Shown here in pieces: positions 24,291 to 37,800 of a stretch of DNA of 64,000 bases (its first letter is position 1; every line of letters starts with the position of its first letter). A model generated the notes under the pieces. The model was not told the origin of the DNA. It saw only the letters and a program-made list of their open reading frames with translations, and did no database searches. Both the position numbers and the translations under genes were made by a program. Source of the stretch: Mytilus edulis (Eukaryota); assembly GCF_963676685.1 (NCBI RefSeq), contig NC_092353.1, positions 50,592,001-50,656,000 of the forward strand, in the 5' to 3' direction.

Positions 24291-25591
24291 TTTGACAATT
24301 GACATATGATTTTAAATGTCCTCTATCCGACAGTTACATTTTAAATGTCAGTATTATCAATATGAGATTTCTTGATAAAATGTTGAAGACACCTTCATGA
24401 GAACTGTAATAAAAGTAAAGGTCTAATTATTATACTTTCACAAAAATGTTACTTTTGAACGTCCAAGAACAGATCTCGTGAATGTCGTTAAAAACCGATC
24501 TCTCATCGCACCCGTTTTCTCATATGTTGCGTGGCGCGTGGTACGCGACATATCAGAAAACAGGAGCGATGAGAGATCGGGTTTTAATTTAGATTGGTCT
24601 TATTTGAATGTATGTTTAATATGAAAAGTTAGAAAGGATATTAAAATAAGGTTTAATGTAGGTATAGAACATTCCAATTGAAATTTCTGAATGGTTGAAG
24701 AGAATATAGTTCAGTCACTCGCCATTTGTTTATGAAATTTTTAAAAACATATCAGAGCTGCATGTTTGGTATAATTTAACAACATAAAATTCTCTAATCA
24801 GTTTGCCAACTGTCGATTTGCAAATAATCTAAAAACCCGAACTGAGAAGACAAATTCATTTCTTTTTAGATGTAATGGATAATCTGAATATTGAATTGAT
24901 TGTTAGTCCAGTGGCATATATTTCATTAATTTTGTTGACACTTTCATCTTTTAACAGACTATCAAAAAAAAAAATCAACAAAATTGATGAAAATATGCCA
25001 CTGGACTAACAATCAATCCAATATTTAGTGTTACATACGAAATTTGTGATCCATTTTGACTGACAAATGTCGGATGTAACTTAGTCTTAGGTGTGTGGGG
25101 TCACTACAACACCACAGAATTGGGTATTCATTTTAATTTGATAAAGTATGCTTATGACAGTTCTAAGCTCATAACAATATCATTATATTTACATATTTCA
25201 AAACATACATTTTTCCAATAACGTTGAGCGTATCGTCTTATTTCGGTATTTGTTTTTTCTTCTTTCTTTTAGTTTTGGTTTACAGCAATTGTTACAAAAA
25301 AGGTCTATCGCTCTGATGTGAGCATCAAGACCCGAAAACTTTTGAAACTGATGAGTACATTCTCCATTTTAAAGAAAATTCGATACATCTCTGTTTTTAG
25401 TAATAATACAACAAGAAAAATATGAACGAATATGTCTCTGATACTACCATAGTCTACAGTCGCACAGCCATTCTTTTGTCAGGGTATCAACGTGAAAAAA
25501 AATGAATTTGACCAATCCAAATAAGCTGGCAAATTCAACAGCCGCGGTGCCATTTTCTGTCAAGGTTTAACACGTGGAAAAATTGAAATAA

Positions 25592-26170
25592 TCAATCCAA
25601 ATACACTGCAAAGCATGTTGCCATGGCAAATATTGTTTTGTTCTCATATGAGGCAGTAGCAAAAGTGTCCCGATGTTCATCCCATATACATCTGCTGCCA
25701 ACCTTTATTGATGTATTCGTGTTCTGTCCTAGGATAACATGAACTATGAACCTATACCGTTTCCATGGGAATATTTTGGCTCTATCTTTGATCTGATTGG
25801 ATACGGTATGAACGAGAGTATTGCACGTGACGGAGTCGTAAGGTGCGTCGCCGATTACTTCTTCCATAATCTCTTGCATTGCTTTTTCCATCTTAGAACA
25901 TGAAAATAGTTCGTCGTCCTTTGGTTCTAGACGGAAAGTATTTTCGTACTTAACTCCACGCTTGATTGACCTCAGCATGTCCATACTATCTAGGTCAGAC
26001 GACATTGACCTTTCTCTTGTCTGTGCATGGATACTCAGTTTGCTTCCTGTCCCTCTTGCTCTCGAGTTTTTACCAGTAGACTTTTTCCAGTCTGATTTTG
26101 CTACAGATTTTGATCCTCTCCGTTCTAAAACGGTGTCCATTATATTGTCTAGTACTTTGTGATTCGACAT
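25592..26170 (-). CDS. Tctex-1 domain dynein light chain, copy 4, intronless CDS, probably 192 aa (start MSNHKV)
   Basis: YENTFRLEP, FPWKRYRFIVHVILGQ, GSRCIWDEHRDTFA, ATCFAVYLD. The ATG at 26170 has AAAAAAATG context and gives a length similar to the paralogues. Confidence 0.88.
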   Translation of the reverse strand: MSNHKVLDNIMDTVLERRGSKSVAKSDWKKSTGKNSRARGTGSKLSIHAQTRERSMSSDLDSMDMLRSIKRGVKYENTFRLEPKDDELFSCSKMEKAMQEIMEEVIGDAPYDSVTCNTLVHTVSNQIKDRAKIFPWKRYRFIVHVILGQNTNTSIKVGSRCIWDEHRDTFATASYENKTIFAMATCFAVYLD

Positions 26171-27132
26171 TTTTTTCTCACTTTTCAATATTTTAAAACT
26201 TACTAGTATGTGGAAGAGACTAAATCCTAGTAAAATCTCCACAAAGGGATAGAATTCAGTGTGATCCAACAAATAAAAAATATAATCTACACTAAAACGA
26301 ACATGACTATAATGACGCACAAAATCGCAGATAAAAAGTTGACCAAAAGTGTTTATTTGTTGTCTAAACAATATTAGAAGAATATGCATTGATCCATTCC
26401 AGTAAGTTTGACTTGTGTTTTAAATTAGTTACCAATACAGATGTAATCTGAAACCGTGCCATTTTGTTTTTTCCTGTAAACAATTTTAAGGTCTTTTTAT
26501 AGTAACCAATTACACAAGCAGTTTCTTGTAACAGAGCATCATCAAGTTCATATTTAATTATATAATGATATCATAAGAAACAGAAAAATATCGTCTGGTC
26601 AATAACCAACAAGTATTTTCAGGAACGAAAGATGTTCTTGGGAAAAACAGTTCTGATAAAAATTAGAAATTATGATTTCGATCGATAGAAGTACTGATAG
26701 ATTTTCTTAAGTTACAAAGAGGTAACATTGAGCCATACAAATTATGTTTCAATTTTTAAAGTGAGAATTTAACATTTCTAGTAACATTATCTTGGATGGA
26801 ATGATCCACGTTTGCGATCAATATGATCAAACCATAGTATGTCTCCCTTATGTTTTTCATACACAATGTTTCTCTTAGTTTCTCACGTAAGGGTTAAAAA
26901 AAAATGATTATTGTCACATTGTTATCAACGTTTCACTAAGGAAGAGGTAGAGAGGAGTACTCAATCCGCGGCAGCTCACGAGACTTGGATTACTGAGTCA
27001 AAGATTTTGTATTCATGAGCTCAATGAATATTTCAGCACCTCACTAACTATAATTTGGGAGATAAATATGAATCATTTAGCATACTGAAATATTTGTGAA
27101 CCTGCACAACGCATTTGAGGATATAATTTACA

Positions 27133-27500
27133 ATAATTACATAAGATGTATGTTTCATTATAATACTTTATTCTGATTGGCTAACTGCACACCACTTGTT
27201 ATTCCGTAAGCAGTTGCATTGCTCAATACAACTTTTCATTCATGATAACACGTGGTCCAACAATAAAGTGCACAGGTGAATTTAATAAAAAAAATATATA
27301 AAATTCATGTTTTCATGATCATAGCTAAAAAATGTAATTATAAGTATTGAATGCTTCTTTTTGTAACTTTATAGGGTTGTAAAAGCGTTGACCGTGCGCA
27401 CATTTTTAGAATGAAGCGCTTCCGCGCTTCATACAAAATGTACTTCGGTCAACGCTTTTACACCCCAATAAATTTACAAAAAGAAGCATTCAATTCTTAA
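27133..27500. mobile_element. Dispersed non-autonomous element with a long subterminal hairpin; inverted copies at about 2448-2775 and about 39228-39553
   Basis: Three highly similar copies; internal inverted repeat AAAAGCGTTGACCG..CGGTCAACGCTTTT. Superfamily not assignable with confidence. Confidence 0.75.
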
Positions 27501-28189
27501 ATAAATCAATTGTGGAATTCCTTAACATTTGCGAACCTCCACTGACATTTAGGGATATCTTGAAATAAATTAATAGAGGTCTTGAAGTATATAATTATGA
27601 TTGTGGAGCTCCATAAATATTAATAAGATCCTAATATATTTAAAAACCTCCTGAAATTAAATAATGAAGGTCCTAACATATTTCAGGATATCCTTAAACT
27701 GAATTGGTGTGGTGCCGCTGAAATAGAAATTTAGAGCCTTATTCAGTTCTTGTCATCTTTCTAGCTTACATTGTAAATCAACTATATTTCACCGTGACAA
27801 ATCATTTAGTATAGCTTGTTTTATTACATATTACTGTGACTAGTCTACATTCATATCTACCTCTTCCTCGACGGTTACTTTTCAGTAAAAACCGTTGATA
27901 ACGATATCACAGTCGGTTTTACCCTGTTAATATAAGCAATTATTTGAATAAAAAATGCCGGAGTTAAATTTATAATCGATCGAAATAACACAAAGGTTTC
28001 ACCTCATAAATGATTATATTATTCTAAATGCTTTTCGTGACACTGAATGTATTATTTAATTAAGAAAGTTAACGGATGGTTTAGAAAAGGCCAATGGTCA
28101 AAGCATCTAACAGTAGTCTATTCTCTACAACAATTACTCCAAATATACAAATATCATAAGTCTTCAATAAACCGCAAGCCATTGAAGAG

Positions 28190-28348
28190 CAGTGGCGGAT
28201 CCAGAAATTTTCATAAGTGGGGGCCCACTGACTGACCTAAGAGGGGGCCCGCTTCAGTCACGCTTCAGTGATTCCCTATATAAGCAACCAAATTTTTTCC
28301 CAAAAAGGGGGGCGCGGGCCCCCTGGGCCCCCTCTAAATCCGCCTCTG
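28190..28348. mobile_element. CAG..CTG MITE with 5-bp TSD (AAGAG), nested in the end of another MITE
   Basis: TSD at 28185-89 and 28349-53. Relatives at about 21662, 23545-23700, 50904-51051 and 61838-61985. Confidence 0.8.
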
Positions 28349-28842
28349 AAGAGGGTCTGGATTTGGAGGGGGTCTGTTATTCTGTAAACATTTAATTTTC
28401 ACCCCTTTTTTCTCTAATCTTCAAAAAATTAACCCCTTTTTTCTCTAATCTTCAAAAAATAAGACCACGCATTTCTCTAATCTTCATTTTTTTTGCCCGT
28501 TATTCTCTAACCTTCATTTTTTAAGGGCATTATTCTTTAATCATTTAACCCCATCCAAACCCTCATTGAAAATTTAATAAAAACTTCAGTATTATGAAAT
28601 TTGAAATAACAGAATAATGAAATTCACTTTAAAAGACAAATTAATTCGCTTTAATAAAAAGTATAAAGTCACTTTTATATACGCATAAATGAACTTTAGC
28701 TGTGAGCATAACTTTTTTAACGATAGAGTCAGAGAAATCAAAGAAAACGTAACCGCCATAACAAAGTTTATTTTATGGCGGGAGAAAGGAGTTATCTATC
28801 TTATATTTGTACCGGAAGTTGTAATCTCCAAGGAAAACAGTC

Positions 28843-31800
28843 ATGGCGGGCATCGTACCTCAAAAATTAGAAGTTTATGGTTTAATCAACGATGTTAACT
28901 TCCAAAGAGCCCGTTACTGTGCAGAGGTGTGTATTCAATAAGAGTTGTGAGACTGCATTAATAAAACAAACACAAAATGCTGGCGTCGTGAAAAATTCAG
29001 TGGAAATCTACCGTTTGTTTAATATGAGGCAGGCATTACCTGTAAATGGGGACGAAGTCTGTATGAATTATTTTTTTGTAACTTAAATATTTGTTAAAAA
29101 AAGAAACGGAAATACCGTAACGTTTCCGATTTTGGTTCTGTTGTTAGGGATTTTAGTTGTGACGTTATTTAAATTATGACGTCATATGCAATGTAAACAA
29201 AGAAACGCTATCAGGTAACGTTTTTTCATATCAAGGAATTATTAAAAATGAAATTGGTATTGCGCGTTCCTTCCTATTTTATACTAGACTGATAAATATA
29301 TATTTTACTCAAAGTTTCATACAAACGACTCCGGAAAAAGGAAGTACATTGTACATTTCTGCGCAGGTCCGGGATTTCAAAACACGACATAAAAAAAATT
29401 GAACGATTTTGAGTTCATTAGTACAATGAAAAATTCGGGAAATTTTCCCGAATTTTTTTTTTTATTGAATTTTCTACTGTTATTGGGGACTTCGTCCCCA
29501 TATAATGTTTCTTTAACGAAAATTATGAAAACACTTCAAACAGTGTAAGATACTTGTCTTATATAAGGTTGGCTGGACCAGGTACATATGTAGATATACT
29601 GTTCACAAGCTGGATGGTCGTATAGACCTGTGCATAGTTTTACCAGACAGATGTAATTACTGGAATTGACAATCAAAAGCACCCCACTGGCAAATTGCCC
29701 TAGTCCTATAATATATGATCTCGGGGGCATTATTTTCTATTTCTATTTTCTTTTTACTGATAATGCAATTTTTTTTATTATCAATGTGCATGAAATATTA
29801 GCATCAAAACTTTAAATAGTGAATATATATATAATGTGAAGGCATATACTATAGGACTTCAACTCACCCCACTTGTTATTTAATCGCCCCACTGTAGTTT
29901 CCCAATTTGCCCCACTAAAAAGAAAACTGCTTCACACTAGTTAACCAACCTGTCTGAGTGTCTAGTTGAAGGATAAGGCCACTTTTTTTTTATTTGTTGG
30001 TTTAAGGATCCGCCGACCCTGTTTTTCACGATTTTAAAATAAAAATAAAGATGATTTTGAAGATTTTTTTTAATTCCGCCGACCCTTTTCTGTTTGAAGA
30101 AGTACAAATAAAAATAAAAACATGATAAAAAAGATCGGTCTTTCTTCTTCCAGTCGGAATACCCTCGGAGTGGATTCGAAAATACCGTGCGGTTCCCTGT
30201 TCAGTCAACGTTTCATCATGATCTAATGTGGTGAAAAGGAACCAGTTGAAAGGCGGTTCCCTGTTCAGTCAACGTTTCATCATGATCTAATGTGGTGAAA
30301 AGGAACCAGTTGAAAATGGAGGACCAGATACGATTTTACAAATACTTACTTATACTTACTTAGATTTACACATTAATTGTTGGAGATTTTCGGTGTAAAT
30401 CTAGTGGTTGAACAAAATGAACATCGCAGTCATGAATTATAAAAATGAAAATTATTTTTGAGATCGTTTGGGAATTTTGGTTTAAAAGGTCGGACCACCG
30501 CTAATTTAAACCCCTGTTTCAGACAGTCAGTGAGGTTGACGGCGGGTCAACTTTGGTTCAAGTATTGATCAGAAAGTCTGAAACCCGTTGAAAGGGACTG
30601 TTTTAGTTCCATTACACATATGAGGTATTTGTCCAAATAATTATGACGTCTGGCAAGGCTTCCTGTCATCCCAGATTTGTTTTTAAATAGCCTTGCCAGA
30701 CGTCACTAAAGGTAAGGATCTTTTAACTTGCTGCCAGGGATGGGTGTCTGATTAATTGGCCTTATTATATAAATACCTTAATACCATCCCACAGTACCTA
30801 TTAAGATTTAATGGAACAGAGATGAGATATGGTGAACAAGATCCCAACACAAAATTAGAACATGTATTTCTGTCATAGAATGGCTGACAATTAAAATCAC
30901 TTCAACATTTATAAAAAGGGACAATCACAGGACACTTCGAGATATAAGCTAATACTTAGCAGTGTAAAATAGCATAAAAAGCCTAAAAAGGACATGTTTT
31001 TATGTACCACATATGATGGGATATGAGATGCAGAGCGCATATGGTATTTCCTCAATAAGATTGTATTGTGTTATGAGGAATTTTGTCACTCCCTGATTTA
31101 AATTTGATAAATAAATGCACAGAATAAAGAGAAATGCAATTGGAAAAGACACTTCCCTTTCATTAGGGACATATATATATCTGCTTTCATCAATCTACAT
31201 TAACATTGGACTCCTTGTAACACATTTAATTTAAATTAAAACACTTTAACAGCAAGAATTAATACCAAATTATGAAACGATCTGCGTACATGGTTAGTAT
31301 AATACTATTATATAGAGTAAAGTCATTGTTTGTTTCTCTCCATTTTTGGTTACAAAAAACAGTATTAATTCCAATTTTTATTTTTAATTTTTTTTTCGAC
31401 CTCCTACCCTATATTTTTTCATTTTTTTTTTTTTTTTTTCGACCTCCTACCCTTCCTTTTTTAAGAAGAATCCTGTAAATCAACTAATAAAAAAAAAAGT
31501 GGCCTAAGGACTAAAATCAGAAATTTTCTTATTTAATTTATTTCTTGGTAGCATCAGTTTTCTTTTCTGAACCATCTTAAAAAGAAAAAATAGAGGCGTA
31601 AAACTATGCTTGAAACACTAGCACCCACTTCAATTCAATTAGTTTTATCAAAGTTACAGGAAAAAGCTTATACAGTAAGATTTTTCTTGCTTTTGAGCAG
31701 ATTTAAAAAAAAACTTTGTCATAACCACAAAAGTTTTAAATAAATCCATTAGGTGACATGTGACACCATTTTACCACATCATTTTGTAAAATGATACAAT

Positions 31801-34800
31801 CAACACCTTTATCAATAGACAATAATGTTAAACTACATTTTGTACATGTATGTTGTTTGTATTTCAGGACTTGTGGAAGAAAGATCCAAATACTTTCCCA
31901 GATCCAGTGGTCAATGGAATGTTAGAATTTGAATGGGATTTATTCATTGATGCTAAAAGAAAGGTATACTTTTTTTATCCCTGAACTTAGTTCAAATTAA
32001 TTTTTATGTTGATTAACAATTTTTTTTTCAGTTCAAACTTGCTTAAATCTAGATATATACATGTATGTGATATACAAATGTATCAGAAATTTAAAAAAAC
32101 TAATATGTGACAGTGTTAAAGCTTTACTTTATAATCACAATTGAGTCCAAAGTCATATGTTCTGAGAATTGCATTGTCATGCAAATAAATGTTGAAGGCA
32201 AAACACATATGTAATCTAAATATAACGTTTTGAAACCATTTGATTTCAGTAGCTGCATATTTGTCTGATGTAAAGTTTGAAAATTGGTGTTAAAGCAAAG
32301 TCATTCTGCACCAAAAACTTTTTCATCTACTACATTTAGTACAGATTCTAAATATCAAAACTTGTCCGTTTGGCGTTTATGACTAGCTATATATATATAT
32401 ATATATATATATAGTTATATAAAGTTGAAACAAATTTACTAGCCGGGGGCATTAGACTAGTGGCTAACTGTGCAGACTATAAAGTTCAACAATAGTTGCT
32501 CAAGGGAGTTAAGAAGTAATGCCAGACCATTGGTGCTGAAAACAAAATGAAGAAAAGGAAGGAAAACATGAATGAATATTATACTCAAGATATGTATCAC
32601 AACAGCTTAATTTTCAAGGTTGGACTACACTGGAGTTTATAACATTATAAAATTTAAAAAAAAAAGTAACATTTAAGATTCATGTACATGTAGGTACTGA
32701 AGATGAAGAGTAGTGTTGGAAAGTGTAAGAATGGAAAAACACCTGTTGTGATTCCTAAAATAAATTCCATATTTAAATTCTCTGAAAAAGTACATTCATT
32801 AGTTTTGACATGATTATCTTAACATATTGGGATAATAATTTGTTTCAATTGGCTAGTCAGAGTTATATACCCTACCACTTCTATTTTTTTTCTCATTAAT
32901 TTCTAATTCTATTATTGTTTATTTAATAGGATCTAAGAGGTGAAACCTGGTCATTTGAAGAGAAAGCCATTTGTTTTACCAATGGTCAGCTGATAGGTGG
33001 ACCAGACAACTTTGTAGTATGGGCCGAAGATAATTATGGATTTGAAGAGTTTAGACCATTGCCATTATATTTAACATTAACAGATGAAGCTTATATATCA
33101 CATTTGAATTCCAAAAATGTAAGTATATACATAGTTAACTTATGTTCTTGATCATTCCATAGAAACATCAATTAAAGTTTTTAAACCAAAATTTTATGCA
33201 GAATATTTATGTGCAAATGTGGAATTCAAAATTTTAAATTACAAAAGTACAATATGATAACGTGAAATGTGATATGGGCAAAATATGACAATACTGAATA
33301 AAGTTGTATTTTTTTATATGAAATTACTTTAATATATTTATGTACAGCAAAAGTTTATAATGCAGATATTGTAAGAAGAATCATATCAAACATATTGTAG
33401 CAACATGATCCAGAGTAAATTTTACATTAAATGAGATTAATGATAACTGAAATATTTTTAATGATTATGTTTGTAAATATATAGATAAATGAAAATAATT
33501 GTACCATCAATTTTATTTTCAGCATCAGTATGTCTTCATGGATGTTTCTATTGGTGGTGAATCAGCAGGTCGTCTAGTAATAGAGGTATTTATTTATTTT
33601 AAAATACTAAATTTAATATGAGTTCATCTTTTAAAATTATTGTTTTTGTTTGTTTGCATGGTTCAAAGCCTACCATGAAATCAAAGCTTGGTTCAATGAT
33701 AAATTGTAAGGTTGATGCTAAAGGCTAAAATTTGAAATTTCTTTGTAGTTTTAGAACACATGAATATTAATAAAAATAAAAGTAGTGACATTTCTGTATC
33801 ACTTTTATGCATACAAATTTTGTTTGAAATGATCTTCAGATACTGTTAATTCAGATATTATAATTTATTGTGAGTTTTTAAGTTAGAACCTAAATGTGAG
33901 ACTAATATTGCAAATTCAGAATGTGATTTCTTATATTGTGATACTCACCAATTCACATTATTTGCAATATGAAAAACCTTGCAATAGTTTCTTAATTTAC
34001 AGTTTTGTCTATTGACTAGAGTTATTTCCCATTTGTTAAAATGTTTTATCTTTTATGTTTATTTCAGCTTTTTTCAGACGTGGTACCCAGAACATGTGAA
34101 AACTTCAAAGCTTTATGTACAGGAAGTATGGGGAAATCTAAAGAAACAGATTATAACCTACATTATAAAAACTCAATGTTTCACAGAATAGTAAGAAATG
34201 GATGGATACAAGGGGGAGGTAATTTTCCTTCACAAATTTTTTCAACCACATTTTAAAATTATACCTCACATTCATAACTGTTATCAGTCTTTCACAATAA
34301 TAAATGCACACATGAATTTCTGAATTTACAGTTTTAAACATGAGTAGAAGTATGTGATAACTTATATGTTATCTGATGCTTTACTTATAGAGATAGAATC
34401 ATATTCAAAACAGTGTAGCTGTGGCCATTGATTGACAACCTTAAATTATCCCATTGACTGGGGCAGATTAGGTGAACGTGTGTCTGTAACGACAACTGCT
34501 CACTACTTACTTATTATAGAATTTAAACTGTGGGGTCACCAAAGGTTCTTAACGCCTTTAATATTAAAATAGTTCGAAAAATTAATCAGGAATAACTTTA
34601 TGTTTTGATTTATATTATTGATATAAATCAAAACATCGTGTTATTCCTGATTAGTTTTTCTAATTTCTTTATTTAGGTGTTGAGAACCTTTTGTGACCCC
34701 ACAGTTTAAGTGCCTTTAACAAGTACATAGTGAGCAGCGGTTGTTACAGACAAACGTTCACATAATCTGCCCCAGTCAATGGGATAATTTAAGGTTGTCA

Positions 34801-37800
34801 ATCAATGGCCACAGCTACACTGTTTTGAATATGATTCTACAATTGTACAAGAAATATAGTATTCTGAGTAGTTGACTTTGACATTTGATTTATTTTACAA
34901 ATTTAAGATATTGAACATTCATAATACATGTATATCATATACAATTATGTTAAATTGAGTCCAAGAAAGTTTGTATTTTTTAAGAGGTCGAATATCTAAG
35001 ATTGCCTGAAATTGGAGAGATGCTCTCTTAATAAATCTTCCTTCTGTATTTTTTATATACAGTTCAGTTGCCTTCTTTAATGACCAGCCAACCTGCAGAA
35101 TAATTTGAATCCCAATTATTTTCCTTTTTATCAGACTATTAATCTTCACAAAGATGCACTTTAAACTGTGTTTTTTTTATTTAACAGTTCTCCCCAAACA
35201 TTTCATTAAGCATCATAACCAACAGGGAAATTTGAAAAACTCTCTTGCTTCTAAAATTCATAGCATCACATCAATAACAAAATCTATAAGAAAACTAATA
35301 CAGATATCATCAGATTCAAGAAATATAGCATCACATTAACATGATGCTAAAATGCCCTGGGGAGAACATTGAGTTTTACTTTTCATTTGCCTTCATTGAT
35401 CATCCATTTTATATTTAGAGTTGACATTATTGAGCACCATATACATTTGTAGATATATTTTTCACTGGTAGTGGTCAGGGTAAGTTGTCCATTATTGGGT
35501 ATATTTTGAATGACATTTTTGTGCATGCTAATTGTTTGAAGAAAATACTACTGTTGATTCATTTATTTTCGTAAGTACCAATTTTCGTGGTTAATTTCAT
35601 GATTTTGCCAAAGTTTGCATACAAGCCTATAGAAAATTTGTCATTTGTTGAACAATTAATTTTTGTGGTTCACCTGTACCCACTAAATGCACGAAAATTG
35701 GTATCCAATGAATAATAGTGAATCCACAGTATTGCATACATTAATATTTGTATTGTTTTTAAAAAGGCTTTACTCACAAGAACTAAAGGAATGTATTTGA
35801 TATGTACTGTAGTATTATAGAGTGGATCTAGTTTTAACAAATTTAAATCTGATAGGAGAAATTATATATTTTTTTCTAAGGTGTTTCTTAAATTTACATT
35901 TTATAATTCTTTTTTTAAAACAACACCAACATTTATTTTGATTTGGGCATAATTATAAATTAGCTTTTTACAAAACTCTGAATTGTCGGAAGTTACTCGG
36001 TTTTACTTTTGTACCTAAGCTGTATTTGACAAAACCCTTGGAATTTTTAGGTCATTAGTGCCCTTTAACCTTATACTTGATTTTGCCTGTTTCCTTTCTT
36101 GATTGAGAAATTGAGAAATGAAAAGAAATTAAACTTTCTATACTAGAACATATTAGGACCATTTAAAGTGAATTATAGTTATTAAATGCATGCTGTTTCT
36201 TAAACTTGATTGTTTTTGGTTTTCATTTTACAAGAAACATGTCTTACTATTGAAGGATAAAAGTCTAGCAATGTTTATCTTCGGCTAAGAATTCTACAAC
36301 ATTTACATTTAAGTTAAAAAATAGTTGAAAATTATAAACATGTATCAGAATTAGACAGAGAATGATTTTTTTGTTAGAAAAATATTTGTTCTTCAAGTAA
36401 AAAATTAAATATATAAGTGAAATCCAATTTGTATAAAGTCTCTGTCATGTCTGTCCGAAGTGTCAAAAACCATTTTTTTTGCATCCTTAGCATATAGGAC
36501 AAAGAAAGTCAATGGGATTTAAAAGACATTTTAGAAACTACGATATTGGTATAAATTTTTACCCAAAACTTCATATGCAATGAATAAATAAATGTTCACC
36601 TTTTACAGATATTTACCATAGCAGAGGAAATGGTGGAGAATCAATTTATGGGGCAGCATTTGAAGGTAAGTTCTTAAACTTTAGTTCCAAGCATGTTTCA
36701 CAGCATAGAAAGAGTGGCCTGTAGAAAATATCTGCTGAAATTGATATTGAGATTTTCTAAATAAAATGACATCCAGTTTTGGAGAAATAAATTAGGGATG
36801 AACATGCTTGAAAAATATCCTATGTAAATATAGGAAATAACTATTAAATCAAAGGCAGGGTGGTTTTATTGCTGTTCTTCCGTTTTAAAGTTACTGGAAG
36901 GTTATCAATGGTGAGCTCAAAATTCTATACCCCTCAAGTGAAATTCAGATGGGCTGTAGCCTGTAGGAGTCTTTAACCATGTTTTCTATTTGCATCTTCA
37001 AAATGTAAAAGAGGGGCGAAAGATACCAGAGGGATAGTCAAACTCATAAATCGAAAATAAACTGACAACAACATGGCTAAAAATGAAAAAGACAAACATA
37101 CAAACAATAGTACACATGACACAACATGTAACCTTCTTATTAATTAGGTTATGTATAAAAAAAAATTACTTAAAAATATTAAAATTTTTGTCTTCAGATG
37201 AGAATTTTGCGGTATCACATGACAGACGTGGAATAGTTGGAATGGCAAACAAAGATCGTCACACGAATGGTTCACAATTCTACATCACATTACAGCCTGC
37301 TAAATGGATGGATACAAAATATGTTGCATTTGGGTAAATATATTACATTTAATCATGTTAATATCAATGATTAAAATGGATGGTTTTACTTGGCTTTCAA
37401 CAGTAAATAAATATTGAAGAAATAGTTTGTAGAGGAAAAATTCACATAAGTCTATTCCAATCCTGTATTATGTCTGTTATTGATATTCAACATAGCATTT
37501 TTTTCTTTTTTTTACTTTAAATAAATAATAAATAGTATATTTTAAATTATGGATGGCCCATGTGCTTCCTCTTTTTCAGCATTTGAAAAACATGATTTTT
37601 CAACAATAAACTTGTCTTTTGATTTGCACATGATGCAATCATCATACATATATCTCAGTATTTGATAGCATTTAAAATTGATAAGAAAACAAATTAAACT
37701 AGTTTGGAAGTGTAGTTGTTGTTCTTAAGTATTTCTTAATTGTCTTATTTTCATAGATGAGACTGTTGGTTTTCCCTATCAAATGGTTTTACACTAGTCA

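Noticed and set aside
26171-26389. 73-aa N-terminal extension of the Tctex copy 4 ORF
   Set aside because: F/I/L-rich, typical of translated AT-rich UTR, and with no counterpart in the paralogues; it cannot be fully excluded.
28892-29086. Track ORF as PPIL6 exon 1
   Set aside because: Wrong frame; the PPIL6-like frame starts at ATG 28843 and splices at 28926.
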